Shown in pieces: positions 47,644 through 47,716 of a DNA stretch of 47,716 nt; the stretch's first letter is position 1; each line of letters starts with the position of its first letter. The notes below the pieces were generated by a model that made no database searches, was not told the origin of the DNA, and worked only from the letters and a program-made list of their open reading frames with translations. Both the position numbers and the translations under genes were made by a program. Source of the DNA: Anaerolineae bacterium (lineage in GTDB: Bacteria > Chloroflexota > Anaerolineae > Anaerolineales > UBA11858); NCBI GenBank assembly GCA_011176615.1, contig DUEG01000005.1:1-47716 (forward strand), in the 5' to 3' direction.

Positions 47644-47716
47644 AATGGGAAATTATTTTGTGTAATGCGATTTTTTCAAAACCGCAACGTAAGGTAACGT
47701 CCGAAATTGATCGGCG
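47642..47716 (-). CDS. Probable 3' end of a convergent gene entering from outside the window (frame ambiguous)
   Basis: Two open - frames end at the terminator (..RCGFEKIALHKIISH* or ..ADQFRTLPYVAVLKKSHYTK*). Confidence 0.3.
   Translation of the reverse strand, partial: RRSISDVTLRCGFEKIALHKIISH

Overview
AT-rich (roughly 35% GC by eye) bacterial chromosomal window. Gene content and protein style suggest Chloroflexota, probably Anaerolineae (inference). It is mostly housekeeping: sucC and the start of sucD, rluB, scpB, rsmD, plsX-fabF, tRNA-Leu(GAG), a polar amino-acid ABC transporter, tRNA-Gln(CUG) with glnS and gltX, the mreBCD-mrdA-minCDE-rodA cluster, glmS, a membrane-arm-less nuoB-nuoCD-nuoI-mrp cassette with a divergent SufR-like regulator, ricT, an M20 amidohydrolase and GntR-korAB. 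I saw no mobile element, CRISPR array or rRNA. Two observations stand out. (1) A glmS ribozyme has every core element but two atypical insertions. One insertion can pair either with the sequence just 5' of the cleavage site or with the glmS Shine-Dalgarno, and the predicted 5' cleavage product is complementary to the sucC leader. This suggests cleavage-coupled translational and possibly trans regulation. (2) A plant-type glucuronokinase homologue is translationally coupled to a nucleotidyltransferase and sits near a UDP-glucuronate decarboxylase, a GtrA protein and a GT-C/NHL protein, suggesting a bacterial uronic-acid salvage route feeding surface glycosylation. All calls come from motif recognition by eye; no database searches were run.
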